The translations under genes were made by a program, and so were the position numbers. A stretch of 63,567 bases of DNA, the filler included, from Rhabdomonas costata (taxonomy: Eukaryota), in NCBI GenBank assembly GCA_019059605.1. It is 47 parts of 47 records of this genome, joined end to end, with 100 filler letters (N's around TTAATTAATTAA, not from the genome) between each part and the next. Parts side by side here need not be neighbours in the genome. Positions count along the whole stretch, not along the records: positions 21,677 to 22,932 come from JAHMHO010021720.1; positions 23,033 to 24,288 come from JAHMHO010021721.1; positions 24,389 to 25,644 come from JAHMHO010021722.1; positions 25,745 to 27,000 come from JAHMHO010021723.1; positions 27,101 to 28,356 come from JAHMHO010021724.1; positions 28,457 to 29,712 come from JAHMHO010021725.1; positions 29,813 to 31,055 come from JAHMHO010021726.1; positions 31,156 to 32,405 come from JAHMHO010021727.1; 39 more parts are not named here. One strand, given 5' to 3'. This document shows, in pieces, positions 22,366 to 35,073 of the stretch (positions are counted from its first letter, which is position 1; every line of letters begins with the position of its first letter). The notes beneath the pieces were generated by a model, which saw only the letters and a list, made by a program, of their open reading frames with translations, did no database searches and was not told the origin of the DNA.

Positions 22366-24626
22366 GTGCGGAACTTCACTTTTCTCATCATCTTGAGGGT
22401 TAGGGGTGACTTCATGAACGGCAACTGTTAATTTGGGAGGGGGCAGGACACCATCAACTGGTTCATACGGTTAAATATCTTGTACCTTAGGGATCGGTTT
22501 GGACGAATCTTGCCGTGTAACGTTTGAGTAATGTTCAATACTTTTGTCCTGTCGGAAATCTTCGACCTTAAAAATCGCGAATTACGCGAGTTAACCAGTC
22601 TCCTTGCTCGCAAATCAATCACCGGAGTACGGATTTTTTTATGCCAAAAGTGTACCCCCACCCCTGGTGAACAAAGCAATTTCGTTTCTTTAAGTTCTCT
22701 CAGGCCGACGTTTTCGCGCACAACAACCTGATACCGCTAGACCCTTAAATCAGCCCTGTTTCTTTCCAGCAGCCGGATAATCCGAGGATAATCCGAGAAT
22801 CCCTTTGCCACCCGGTTGATATGGTCCGTTCAGCCTGGGTGGGTCCGCTTCCTCGATGCACCTGGGAGCGGCGGGGTGTGTGGTTATGCAGAATAAAGAG
22901 AATAAAGGTATTACACAGTCGGTGCCCATCAANNNNNNNNNNNNNNNNNNNNNNNNNNNNNNNNNNNNNNNNNNNNTTAATTAATTAANNNNNNNNNNNN
23001 NNNNNNNNNNNNNNNNNNNNNNNNNNNNNNNNGTTGGTTGGGCTCAGCTCCGCGGTGGGCAGCTCCGAACACACCAAAGGTGTCTGTTTTGTGTTTGTGC
23101 AGGTGAATCTGTTAGGCGTTGTTGTGTTGTCAATGTTTTCAATGTTCTCATTGTTAGTGGCTGGTTGTGGCAGCTTCGGTAGAGTGATGAGTATTCTGGC
23201 ACGGGGTCCCCCCTGGAAGAGAGCAAGTTAGCGTTCATAAAATACTTTGGTGCATTCCGCAGACATCCAAATAAACGTGTCCGCATTGTTCCTGTGCCTT
23301 AGGCAATACCTCGGCAGCGAGTGCGGCACCTGCTCCCCCTCGAGGAAACTCCCTTCCCCCGATGGGGCGCTTGCCCACCGTCCCAGCGCGGATGTCCCCA
23401 AGGTTAGGCGAGTTGTCACGCTTCTGTGTGGGACCTATTTAGGTGCTTGCGTAAAGTGTTTGTTTTCCTTGCCCTTTGGTGCACTTCTGCAGAGGCAAAC
23501 TTCTGGGGAGCTATTCTGGTGCAGATTCCCTATGCGTTGTCATAGCATATGTGTGTCCCTGCCGATTGCCCGCTGTTTTTGCTGCTGTGCGAAGTGCTCT
23601 ACCGGTGAGCTTTCCTCGGCGCAGCTGTGGCACGCAGGGAGTTCTTGGCTATCAATGCTTAACTCTTTTACTCGGAATCAACCCGTGCAAGGACAGGGTT
23701 ATATACCACTCTGTGGTGGTTGGAAGGTTTCGGAGCCTGCTGGTAGTTCTCAGCTCTCACCGGCACTACTGAGGTTCACGGTATGCTCCCGCCCTCCCCA
23801 CCTCAAGGCGGTGTTGGCAACCTCTCCTTTCTTTTATTGTCGCTTCGTATTTTCCCCTCGCCACAAAAACGGCAGCCCATGCAGCCATACCCCAGCTCCC
23901 CTCCTCGGTCCTCCCCCCAGTCGAGATCTCGTAGGTAGGTATCGCCTTTCTTTGTTGCACGTACCCAAGCTTCCAGAGCCCTGGGCTCACCCGGAGGTTT
24001 CTTCTCGCCGCCTCTCTCCCTCTGTTCCATTGTCCTTTCTTGGGAACCTTTTGAGTTGGAATCTTTGTGCCGTAATCGTGGTGATTGCGCCAGTTCTTAC
24101 AGGGACAATGGTGGAAGAAAGCGTGTTCATGGTCCCATGGTTCAAAGAAATATCCTCACGGACATGAGATGGATGACCGGAAACAGAAGCAAGAACTCCT
24201 CCCCGCACAGAAACGCAAGTTACCCATTAGATTTGCGCGCAGAGCACCCAGTTGGATATTCGGCATTTGTTCAGTTGAGTGTTTTAGANNNNNNNNNNNN
24301 NNNNNNNNNNNNNNNNNNNNNNNNNNNNNNNNTTAATTAATTAANNNNNNNNNNNNNNNNNNNNNNNNNNNNNNNNNNNNNNNNNNNNTGTGTTGGGGTT
24401 TTGGTGCCGTTTGGGTGCCTTGCGGGGGTCAGTGCTCACAAAATGACAAGGAAAGCGCATGAAGAAATTGAGCGTGGGAAACATCTGTTTGGGTTTATCA
24501 GTTGAAACTCAATGAATCAGTTGAAAATCTCAGTTAAAAACCGAAGAACGAACATCAGGATGGTTTGGATTCTATTTGCTTCTCCCGATGGTTGGATGGG
24601 GTCTGTTGGTTGCTCTTGGTTCCCAG

Positions 24627-25036
24627 GATGTACGTGCTGCAGAGCAACGAAGACCCTTTCAAGGACTACAATGAGGCAATGACCAACCTGTTTTATGGCT
24701 CGTTCGCCACTGGGAAGACTCAGCTGCAGGTGCGCCCAGTGCCTCTGTGTCCATATGAGTGCCTTGAATCTTCCCCGTAGGCTGATTGAGGGGTTGTTTG
24801 TGGCTTTGCAAGATCTCTGGCCGGCGGCGGAAGCTGATTTCACCGCTATTTTGTATTGTGGTTTCAAATAGCCATAGGCTTTATTGCCTTTTCAACGTTG
24901 CACCTTTGGCTTCTCGCTCCCATTTCTCTCTCCTTTAGGCATACGTGTCCGCTCACCCCGAAGACCACCACGCGGCGGACCTCCGGGCAGTCTGCGCGAA
25001 GGCCGCCGAGCGGCCCGAGATGACCTGGTGCTTTGG
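24627..25036 (+). CDS. Probable C-terminal helical region of a euglenozoan-type adenylate cyclase-like protein; exons 24627-24729 and 24939-25036
   Basis: The GT-AG intron joins in frame: (W)MYVLQSNEDPFKDYNEAMTNLFYGSFATGKTQLQ|AYVSAHPEDHHAADL. The W is inferred from a split codon. The family assignment is from recall. Confidence 0.45.
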
Positions 25037-27826
25037 GTGGGCACGTCCGTAGACTGCCGCTCCCCATTACAGAGGCCATATTTCGGGGAAGGGTGCCGTG
25101 GAGTGTGGGAGTGTGGGAGTGTGGTGACGGGTGGTGTGGCGTGGGGGTGGGGAAGCTGCTCCTCCCCCCACTGCGATTCTTCCCCCCTCAGAAACCTCTA
25201 AAGTTTGTTCTTTGTTGGGTTTCTTGGGTGCCGCCAAAGAGAGCTTGGGAAGGCTCCAGCGCTGGTACCGTGTTTTATGTGTGCATCCCTTTTTTGTATT
25301 TTTGTTTCCCAAAACTCTCGCGTGACCCCTCCCCCGTGTCGAGTTGCATTATGCCGTTTGTAGAATAGTCCCTTTCACCTCTTTCTGGTAATATGAGTGG
25401 ATATGCGTCTGTATGAAAGCAGGTATCCCTTACGAGTGCCGGGGGAGTACCAGCACGTTCCGGTGATGGCATGATCTTTGTGCCGACAGCTTAGAATGCT
25501 GCTGTCTCATCTCTCCCGCGCTCTCGCTCTCGCGCTCTTTGATCTTTACCCCCTTACTGGCTCACTATGCGGTGTGTGCGATTGCCATCTCTCTCTCTCT
25601 CGCCACCGTTTGTCCTTCTCCTTGTCCTTACCTTCCCACCACCCNNNNNNNNNNNNNNNNNNNNNNNNNNNNNNNNNNNNNNNNNNNNTTAATTAATTAA
25701 NNNNNNNNNNNNNNNNNNNNNNNNNNNNNNNNNNNNNNNNNNNNGGGTGGTTGTGGATCCTCAGCATAGGGTATTTGGTGAAATAATCTGTGCTCTGTTT
25801 GCCTCATTCGGGAGGCTTGCTGTACATACAACAGACCCCCAGGCCTTCTTAGGCTTAGACCTCTACAGCGTTCTGCGGTTTCTTTCTCATTATCAAAACA
25901 TATCTGCCCTGAACCTGGCTGTGTTTTCTGAAACTCAATACTTGGGTGGTTTGAGTGGGGCGGCTGTAGTAGGAGTGGCAATGGGTGATTTTGGGCTTAC
26001 CGCACACGCAGCACCCCCCCCCCGCCCGCATGCAAAGCTTATCGTCGAAAACCAGGAAACCGTGCGTGTCCTTTTGTTGACGTTTTTCCTTTGAATTGGG
26101 TACAGCACTGGCAGTGGCACCATAGAATGTCGAGAGTACGACTTTGCAAAATGCTGCAAAATCTTTGACGTCAACGCAACCCGGCGCGTGAAAGAAACAA
26201 GAGGTGGTAGGAGAGGGAGTCGCGTATGCCAAGCACCCGCGGAAAAGTGAATGCCAAAGACGGCGCACCTAAACGAAGCAGAACACACGAAAAAAAAGTC
26301 CGCGCTTTCTCTCGCGCACTCGCACTTGAGGGCACTTGCACTTCGTCGGTCTTGCACTACGCTGCCATCCCTCCACACACCCAAAACAATGAGATCAAAC
26401 TGGCCGAGGAAAGCGGAAAAACGGCTGAAGAAAGGGATGGTCGATCCCAAGGGCACACCTCAAATCAACGGGCAGAAAAATAAAAGGAAGCAGTTGGAAT
26501 CTTCTCGCAAGTCGATGCTCTTGCAGAGTTGGAAGGGCTCCTGGGCACACCCGCGAGAAGTTTACTGGGCCAACAGCAAGCGCACCATTCCAGTTAATGG
26601 GAATGTGTGCGGTTGTGGTAATTGCCCCATTTCACGTGTATGTGAATGAAGTAGTGCAGTCAACGCCACGAAATCTCATTCGTATACCCACACAGAGAAG
26701 AAGGCGCAGCCGAACCACACAACCGAAGCCAAAAAGAGGTCATCCTCAATGAAAGAGTAGCAACAACCCAGCGCCAACACCGCCTGCCTCTGTTAACGAA
26801 GGCTCAGCGATATATTGGAGTTACTGGCTGTTGCACTAAACTTAGCTTGACAACGAAGAAGCTCTTCACGCTGGCGAAGTGGTGGGGGCAAGAGAATGAG
26901 CAGAAGGGAGGACTGCACAGGCGAATTCAGTTGACGACTCTTTTAGACTCGGGCAAGGAATCACGAGCACAGATGGAGAAGGGGAGAAGAGCGTCGCTCT
27001 NNNNNNNNNNNNNNNNNNNNNNNNNNNNNNNNNNNNNNNNNNNNTTAATTAATTAANNNNNNNNNNNNNNNNNNNNNNNNNNNNNNNNNNNNNNNNNNNN
27101 GGGTGTGGGTGGCTTCAAGGGTGTTCCCAGGGTTGCCAGGAAGAGGAAGAACTATATAGTGACTGAAGTGCAGTCGAGCACCGACGACATTCGGAAGAAA
27201 CCCTCGCACAGCATCGCAAAAAGTATTTGCGCTTGCCATAACCGAGGGTTGACGCAGCGAAAAAAGAGCAAGAACATGAAAACGAAATGGGATGGGAGGG
27301 TACAGTGGGACAAATGTGTGTGTGGGTAGAGAGGCGGTATTGAGCATGAAAATAAGCAGCGCGGAACGGTGAGCGTGGTATGTCAAGACGTCGACGTGTG
27401 GGACATTGAAACTGTGGCGCTCATGCCGTGGATCGCCGCAACAGTGGGTCAAAAATGGAAATACACAGATAAATACCGCACCGTGGAGTCCAACGAGCCT
27501 CTTCGCGTTTTGGGACAGAACAGATATTTCACAAAGCATGGTGCTCTCTGTAGGAGGACTCGAGCGACAAAGAGAAACAAAAAACAAAGTGCAGTATCCA
27601 CCCTGAAAAGAGAAAAAGAGTGCAGAGCTGGTTCCAAAAGGATGGGCTCAGGCCCTCAGGCTGGGCGGAAGGAGTCCAGAGAGGTGCATAGTATGGCATT
27701 CTGGACGCAAGAGAAGTTTTGGAAAAAAAAAAAAGGAGACCGGGAAATGCTCTGACAGTTGTCCGTGGATAAGAAAAAAGCTCTTTGGGGGGTTTCATGG
27801 AGTTTCATGGACGGAAGAAGCTTTAT

Positions 27827-27955
27827 TCAAAAGGAAGTTCCCAGGAGGGGGTTGGCGGAGCGTCGCAGCTGCAACTGGGCGGTCAGCGTGCCGAACCCGA
27901 AGTCGATGGTGTGCTTCAGCGGGACATTGGCTTCGATCTCCGCGAAGTCGATGGA
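27827..27955 (-). CDS. Terminal exon of a hypothetical protein
   Basis: Acceptor CCCGCAG|, 129 nt with high GC3, SIDFAEIEANVPLKHTIDFGFGTLTAQLQLRRSANPLLGTSF*. Confidence 0.4.
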   Translation of the reverse strand, partial: SIDFAEIEANVPLKHTIDFGFGTLTAQLQLRRSANPLLGTSF

Positions 27956-30262
27956 CTGCGGGGGACGCCAAAGAATATCAACAGCGGGGAAAGACTGGGA
28001 CAAAGATGGTCTATGTTGACGAGGGCTAAGCCGAAATAGGTCTGGGGTCTTTTTTTTGCCTTGCCGGTCCTTGGGGTCAGAGTTTCCTCACCTTTCACCC
28101 TCGGCCGGTGGTGCCCCTTGGCGGCTCTTTCGTAACCCTTTGTGCTGCTTCTTGCCCCACGTAGCGGAGGGTTTAACGACGGCACCCACAACGCATGTCC
28201 AACAAAACGCACACCCCTCCCTGCCTCTCCCGTCACGCCTAACGGGGCCAGGCAAATGGCTCTTGGCTTCCCGGGGTGTTACACCACTTGACTCGCCCGC
28301 ACCAGCTGCTACGCCACGGCGCGATACTAGGGCCCAGGCGTCCGCCAGCACAAACANNNNNNNNNNNNNNNNNNNNNNNNNNNNNNNNNNNNNNNNNNNN
28401 TTAATTAATTAANNNNNNNNNNNNNNNNNNNNNNNNNNNNNNNNNNNNNNNNNNNNTGTGGTGTGTTTGGTGGGGGGGGGAAGGCAGAGAGGTCACGGCT
28501 GCAGCGCACAGGTTGTTCATGGTCCGGGCCATAGGCAATGCAATAAATTACACTGGCAATGAAGGAAAAGCATAGAGGGAAACTAGAACGAAAAACACGG
28601 AGAACACGCGTCGTGGATGCGGTGTGAAGGCACCAAACGTCCAAACGTCGGTATGTTAGGGGTGCTGAGCGGGAAAAGCAACGATGGGGAATGCGGAGGG
28701 GTACCCTGAGCAGGTTGCGCTTCTTGACTTGTGCATCGCTATCTAACCACTGAAAAGCTTTTGCCACAGTCCCTGGGGTATCGTGTATCGCCACCTCACG
28801 CCATCTCACTGGACCTCGGGACAGCGAGTTACGCGGTGCTGACGAGAAGCACGAGCTTTTTTGTGAGGTGGCTTCGATTACGGCACAGTCTCTCGAAGAG
28901 AACTGAATGGGTGTTGGGCTACCTTGTTGCGTCTACTATGATCTCACCTGACCGGCGAAAAAGGGATAGCAAAGTGACCGATGCGAAAGTCGCACGCTCC
29001 TCAACAAACCGTTTTCCGCAAACCACTTTTTCCAAAGGCAGATAAAAAAGTGATCGGTCCGATGGGTTGTGCCACCGCAAAGACTGCAAGCAGACGCAGA
29101 ATCAAAAATGCAACTATGCCTTGAGGCACCGGGAAAAAAAGAATGAGAGAGGAGGGAAGTGAAGCAAGACGTGGCAAACCACCGAGGGTGTGTGTGTGTG
29201 TACGATTGACGTGTGTACGATTCTCCATGCTGATGTCCTTTCTCCACTACTTTTCTCATTCATTTTGTTGGGGGAGGGGGGGCAGCTGTAGAGTGTAGAG
29301 TTTCTTCGAGGGTTTTGAGCCGATCTTGGTCCTGGCTTTCGTTATGGACCAAGTCAACCCAAAATCTCGAGGCGGCTGCATCCTCACTGTGGCACTGCTG
29401 GATCCTCACTCCCACACCTTAAACAGGCCTCATGTTAAGGCTTGATTGCCAGTTTGACACAATCTCTTGAAAGGGGCCAGCCTGGAATCCTGAAGAGATC
29501 ACATTAACACTTAACCTCGCCTGGATGTTCAGATGGATGGCAGGGAACGTGATATTGCTACCGTACCCCACACACATACCTAAATGAAGCACTGAAAACT
29601 GAAGATGAATACATCAATTCGGAATCGCGATCGAAGCATTTCTGTTACCTGGGGCTTCTTTTTCTTTCTTCCAGCTCGCTTGGGTGGTCGAAGCCCCGGC
29701 CCCAACACCCCCNNNNNNNNNNNNNNNNNNNNNNNNNNNNNNNNNNNNNNNNNNNNTTAATTAATTAANNNNNNNNNNNNNNNNNNNNNNNNNNNNNNNN
29801 NNNNNNNNNNNNGTGGGGTGTGTTTGGGGTTGTGTCGAAGAGTTGGTCCGTTATCAGTTTTTTTCATAATGGCCGATGCTTTGCGGACAATTGGAAAGGG
29901 AAAGCTGTTTGCGAGTTGACAAAGCATGGCGCCTGTTGATGTGAGTCTGATTTGTGGACTGTTCTCCTGTTTTAAAGGATCCAGCGGCTGGACATCGGTT
30001 GCCGCTCGCCCTTTGGCCTGTGGTGAAAAAATTCCCAATCTTTTCTTTTTTCCCATTCTTTTCCTTTTTCCCATTCTTTTCGGAAGGGGGGGGGCTATAT
30101 TCTTAATGCCTTGTTCCCAAACAGGATCGCGTTGCTGCTGTGTTTTTAAGGGTGACCTGTTTTCAGGATCCCTTGTCTGTGCGTGTGTGAAAGATTTGGG
30201 GCTTGGCTTCCTGTTTGAGGTTCTGGAGCAGGCTGGAGGGCAGCCGGATTTCTTCGGGCCCT

Positions 30263-31055
30263 ATGGCTGGCCGATACCCCCGGATCACCCACCTTATCTT
30301 TGATATGGATGGGCTTCTGCTGAACACCGAGCAGCTGCACCTTGCGGCCTCCAACATGCTTCTCGCGAAGTACGGAAAGACCCTCCCGCTTTCACTCAAG
30401 GCCCGGACCTCGGGGCGGACCTCGCTGGAGTCCGCGAAGCTTGTGGTGGTACGTGTGCGTTCAGTTTCGATGTGATGAATTGGATATTGGGGTGACGAAC
30501 AACTTGTCTTTTGTTTATCAACTTACTCATCTATTTCCTACGTCTGTCAACTCGCCTTCCCCCGGGGTAATGCATGTGTTGGGCATGTAGGAAAGCCGCC
30601 ATGTCTATCTGTGGCATGTGAAGCTGCTGCGAAGCATACCAAATTAAGACAGAGACCCAGCTCGCATTTCGTCATTCTTGCAAATCCGTCCTTTACGTTG
30701 TTCGAGTGAGCTTTCCTTTCGCAAAGAAGCAAAGCAAACGTAAGCAACGGAGCTTTACCGTTGCTGGGACCTCGGTCGAATGCATCATTGGCATTTTTTG
30801 GAGCAAGGCAAAAACAGTTTGGAAGAAGGTTCCTAGGCCATCCCCCGCATGTACTTATTGCACTTGGATCGCACTTTTGGCGGCAAAGGTACGTACATGG
30901 CAATGCGTACGTATTTCGAAGGTTTTTCGTTGGGCCTTAGGAGGAACTCCGCCTTCCCCTTCGCGCGGAACAGTATGTGCAGTCCCTGTTCGGGTTCCAG
31001 AAAGAGCTGTGGAGGGACACTGCCTTCATGCCCGGAGCTGAGCGCTTGCTGGGCC
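30263..31055 (+). CDS. HAD-family hydrolase, pseudouridine-5'-phosphatase (PUDP/HDHD1)-like; exons 30263-30448 and 30941 to contig end
   Basis: ITHLIFDMDGLLLNTE is HAD motif I. The join ...SAKLVV|EELRLPL...TAFMPGAERLL matches HDHD1 (LQLP...AALMPGAEKL). GT-AG intron at 30449-30940. Confidence 0.88.
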
Positions 31056-32622
31056 NNNNNNNNNNNNNNNNNNNNNNNNNNNNNNNNNNNNNNNNNNNNT
31101 TAATTAATTAANNNNNNNNNNNNNNNNNNNNNNNNNNNNNNNNNNNNNNNNNNNNTTGCCTCAGTTTTTAATTTTCAGATTAATCTCCAGAAAATGACCC
31201 GGAAAGCGGTGGAGGCGTGGGCCTGCGAGGGCTTGCGCTTGAGAATCAGGGAAGAGACGGGATGCTAATTCGGGCTGTTAATGCTTGACCTAGTTTTCTT
31301 TCCATTCGCAAAATTACCGGATTGACCTCCAAAATGTCCTTTTGTCGGAGGATGGGGGGGGGGGGGGGGGGGGAGGGGGGGGGCAGCTGCAACTGCGTTT
31401 CACCCAGGGAGGGATGCCGTGTGAGGCAAATGAAGGGAGTACAATCAGGGAATAAAATGAGCAAACTTTTCATTTCGTTTTCATTTCGTTTCTTGGTGTT
31501 GTACTCAAAAATTTGCTCATGATGTGGGTTGGCAGCTGAAGGGTCGGAAGGACTTTTTGAGAAGTCATCAACTTCCCTCCTACCAAGATGAACGGACGCG
31601 CTCACTAAAGATTCGAAGCGACCAAATGCCTCTTGCATATTCATTGGAAAAGGGTTTCTGGCACATAAGTTGTACGTATGCGTGCATGAGTCTTTGGTCA
31701 GCCCGGCAACTGTTGTCCAACCCGTACTCTCTCGGTCTCCCTCTCACATGACTTGAATTCTTTGTTTAGATGTGTAGCCTAACGCACCTACCTCTGCTAT
31801 GCAATACTTTACTGGCCTTTTTCTCATTGTACCTCATCGTACCTCATCGTATTGGCTACTGCCTTGGACAACCTGTCCCGCTGAACTTCTGGAATTTCCC
31901 ATGGTATTTTCAAAGTGATATTTTGACCGCAGCATTGGGGTCAAGGGCTGACTGGAGAGCAGAGCCCCATAGCAACTGCCCAAGGTAAGGGGTTTTTTTA
32001 AGTTTTAAAAGCTTTAAAGTATAAAGGACATGAATCCCTCTCTCCTGCTTCACAGAGAAACAATTACGATGCCTCACCACCACCAAAACTGAAAACAAAG
32101 GCTGTGACAAACCTCGGCGGTGGAGGTCGCCGCCATTGCTTTGATGTGCGGCCACAGCGTCGCGAAGAAATCCGCATTGTACTCCTGAGATAGGAGAATG
32201 GGTTCAAGCACATTAGCATTCCTACGGGTCTGAACCCTCTGCTTTGTGGTGCGGTTCGGAGTTAACGTGAACCATTGCTTGATTCTTGATTGATGCCGAG
32301 ATCGACCAGTGCCTTTCCAGGCTGTTCCACAGTTTGTAGTGCGGCGGCTAACAGGGCGTTGGTTTCCATCCGTATGAGGAAGTATCCGAGAGAGGTTACT
32401 CGCTGNNNNNNNNNNNNNNNNNNNNNNNNNNNNNNNNNNNNNNNNNNNNTTAATTAATTAANNNNNNNNNNNNNNNNNNNNNNNNNNNNNNNNNNNNNNN
32501 NNNNNGGATGGGAAAAAAGAAAAGGTGTATTGGTCAAGACGTGCGCACTTAATGAGGTCTAGGCACGACATCATGGACAAGTATCTCGTTAGCGGATTCT
32601 CTCGGCAGCCCGCACACCAGCC

Positions 32623-32688
32623 GCACCTAAAATGGCACCTAAGCCCGCACCTAAAATGGCACCTAAAATTGCACCTAAACCTAAAATG
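32623..32688 (+). repeat. 12-nt tandem repeat (GCACCTAAAATG-like), possibly encoding APKM/APKP in a terminal exon 32593-32709
   Basis: The unit GCACCTAA(AATG/GCCC/AATT) occurs five times. One frame reads AAPKMAPKPAPKMAPKIAPKPKMPLGGSS* after a TTAG acceptor. Confidence 0.7.
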
Positions 32689-34621
32689 CCTTTGGGTGGG
32701 TCCTCCTGAGGTCCGGTGGGTAGTGGGAACTGCAGCATGCGTAAAGAGTTCATTGGACCAGAGTAAGAAACAGCTCTAAAAAAAGAAAAGATAATAGGCA
32801 AAAAGAAAAAGAAAAACAATAGGCACGGGAACACAAACGTCAGAGACAACGGTGTCATGCTTCCGCTTAACATCCATGAGCGCGTTGAACATGGCTCTGA
32901 CCTGATCAAAAAGCAACGGAAACACGCCCATCAAAAACCAAAAATATCTTCATCTTTCACAGGCTCTCAGAGATACCAAACATGACAAAAAATGGAAGGC
33001 ACCCACGCAAAGGCGTGATCAAGCAATGATACCCTACAGATAAACAGAGGATGCATACGGCAGCAGAAAATTCCGGAAGAAAGGGATTTTGTGGTGAGTC
33101 CATTGAAGGCGAAATGGGCTTCACAAAAGCAGAGAATGGAATTTCCTTTTGAACATCGGGGCGTAGCCGAAACAAGCCTGATGATTGTACTTCCGGAACG
33201 CGGCGAAGCTCGTGGCCCAAGGTAGACCAGAAAAATCAAGTGGTGGATAAAAACGGACTAAATGTGCGGTGAGCGTGAAGAAACCACAACTTCCAACCCC
33301 TAGGCACGGTTCGCGTAAACGCAAGCGACACCAGCAAGTGCAAACCGGCACTTGCACTTCACACAAAACCAGATAAGAGCAGTACGCTTAACAATACCAG
33401 ATCATAATGGGGTTCGAAAAAACGTAACCAAAGATCTGCAGAGAATATGCACTATAATAAGTCTGTTTATGGGCCACAGGGCCCAGCAGCAGTGTATGGG
33501 GATCATGATTGACAGAGATGACCATCGAGGTGTGGAAGAGGCTAGCTGAAGGTCCGCTGTAGCATAAAGGCCTGGCCTGCCACAGCGCTGTGTCTGGGTC
33601 GTAATTTGGGTCTATCCATAGGATACTGAGTATAAGATTGTAAATGTAAATGTAAAGATTGTAATAAGGGGGTACCCAGGTAGTGTCACCCGTGCCAAGA
33701 GTCGCAGGATCAACTCCGGATTCTTCATATCGCCTCGAGCCCACTAAGTCTCTGCTGACAANNNNNNNNNNNNNNNNNNNNNNNNNNNNNNNNNNNNNNN
33801 NNNNNTTAATTAATTAANNNNNNNNNNNNNNNNNNNNNNNNNNNNNNNNNNNNNNNNNNNNGGTTTTTTGTATATACAAAAGACCCCCAGGCCCCGCTAC
33901 CGTGAAGTGAGCAGCAGACCGCTGATGTGTCCGAGCTGCTTCGCCCTGCGGACCTACTCGGGTCTTTCGGTCCCGCCCTCCTCGCGCCGGACTTCTCAGT
34001 CGTTCATCCTCTGCATTTCATCACAAAGGAGACAGGTGGGAGTGCAGTTGAAGGCGGGGGAAAAAGTGAAGCGAGGTGTAAATTTCGAGAATCAAAAGTT
34101 GCTGGGTTGAAAATTCTTTCGAGAATCAAGGTCATCCCCCCCCTCCCACTTGAACAGGAAGTGAGTAAAGTGGAGCCCGAAACGGCACCCTCAACGACAC
34201 ACCTGAACCTCCAAGGGCACGAAAGGCTCGGCGCAAAAGAAATGGCGCGGTGCCGAACGACTCCAGCCGCCCTGCCAGAGACCAGCGTGGGGCGACCCAA
34301 CGGCAGCGTGAGTCGGCGAAGACTAATGGTGACGGGAAAAAGGCGAAAGTGCGCAGAAAATGCTGTTGTTTGTGTCGTCTTTGTGACCAGAGAGAGAAGG
34401 GAACACAAACAAGAACAGAAAAATTAGAACTGACTGGCATCTGGCTTTCAATCCTTTCACCTTCTTTTTATAGGTCTTCCAGGGGGTGTTTTGCCTCCCT
34501 CGCCCGCCATGGCTGAACTTCTTGCTGGAATGCTGAGAGGTTGTTGCTCAACGCTTCATTTTCATTATTTCTTTGATTAGGCCCACTCGTCACCTGGGGT
34601 GTGGATTCCTTTTTTTGACAG

Positions 34622-35073
34622 GTCCCGTCCTTGCTCCTGCTCCTGGAGGCAGAGGCCCTTCGGTATCAGCCTCTCCCACCCTGGCCAGCAAGATTTGGAT
34701 AAAAGGACTTCCATCCTCGGCCCAGACAGGTTTCTTTGCAAAATGTTCTGATTCTTCTTATTGTCTTGAATCAAGCATGTCTTGTGTTTTTCTTTCTGTT
34801 CCAGTGCAGCTTGGAGTATACTTTAGCTCGTTCGGAAAGGTTTTGGACTGCCAGATAATCAAGGATCCCTCAGGAAGGTACTGCAGTGGCGTGCAGAGAG
34901 CGGTAGCTTCCTTTTTCTCGTTGTCTCTGCGAATGTGTTCTCATCCTTCCTGCAGGCCCACCGGTGTTGGCTGCGTGGTGTACGACAATGAGGATACTGC
35001 TTTGCGGGAAGTACAGAAACAACACATGTTTCAGGGCGAGAAACTCACTCTGGAGACTGCATTGGTGTGGTAA
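34622..35073 (+). CDS. RRM RNA-binding protein C-terminus; exons 34622-34729, 34805-34877 and 34956-35073
   Basis: The spliced peptide KIWIKGLPSSAQT-V-QLGVYFSSFGKVLDCQIIKDPSG-R-PTGVGCVVYDNEDTA gives RNP2 and RNP1 at RRM spacing. Two GT-AG introns of 75 and 78 nt. Confidence 0.85.

Noticed and set aside
31353-31384. Poly-G tract as a functional G-quadruplex
   Set aside because: Homopolymer G/C runs are common throughout this assembly and unreliable in length.
33360-33761. Segment with TGTAAA repeats as an organellar module or retroelement 3' end
   Set aside because: No frame gave a recognisable protein; the evidence is insufficient.
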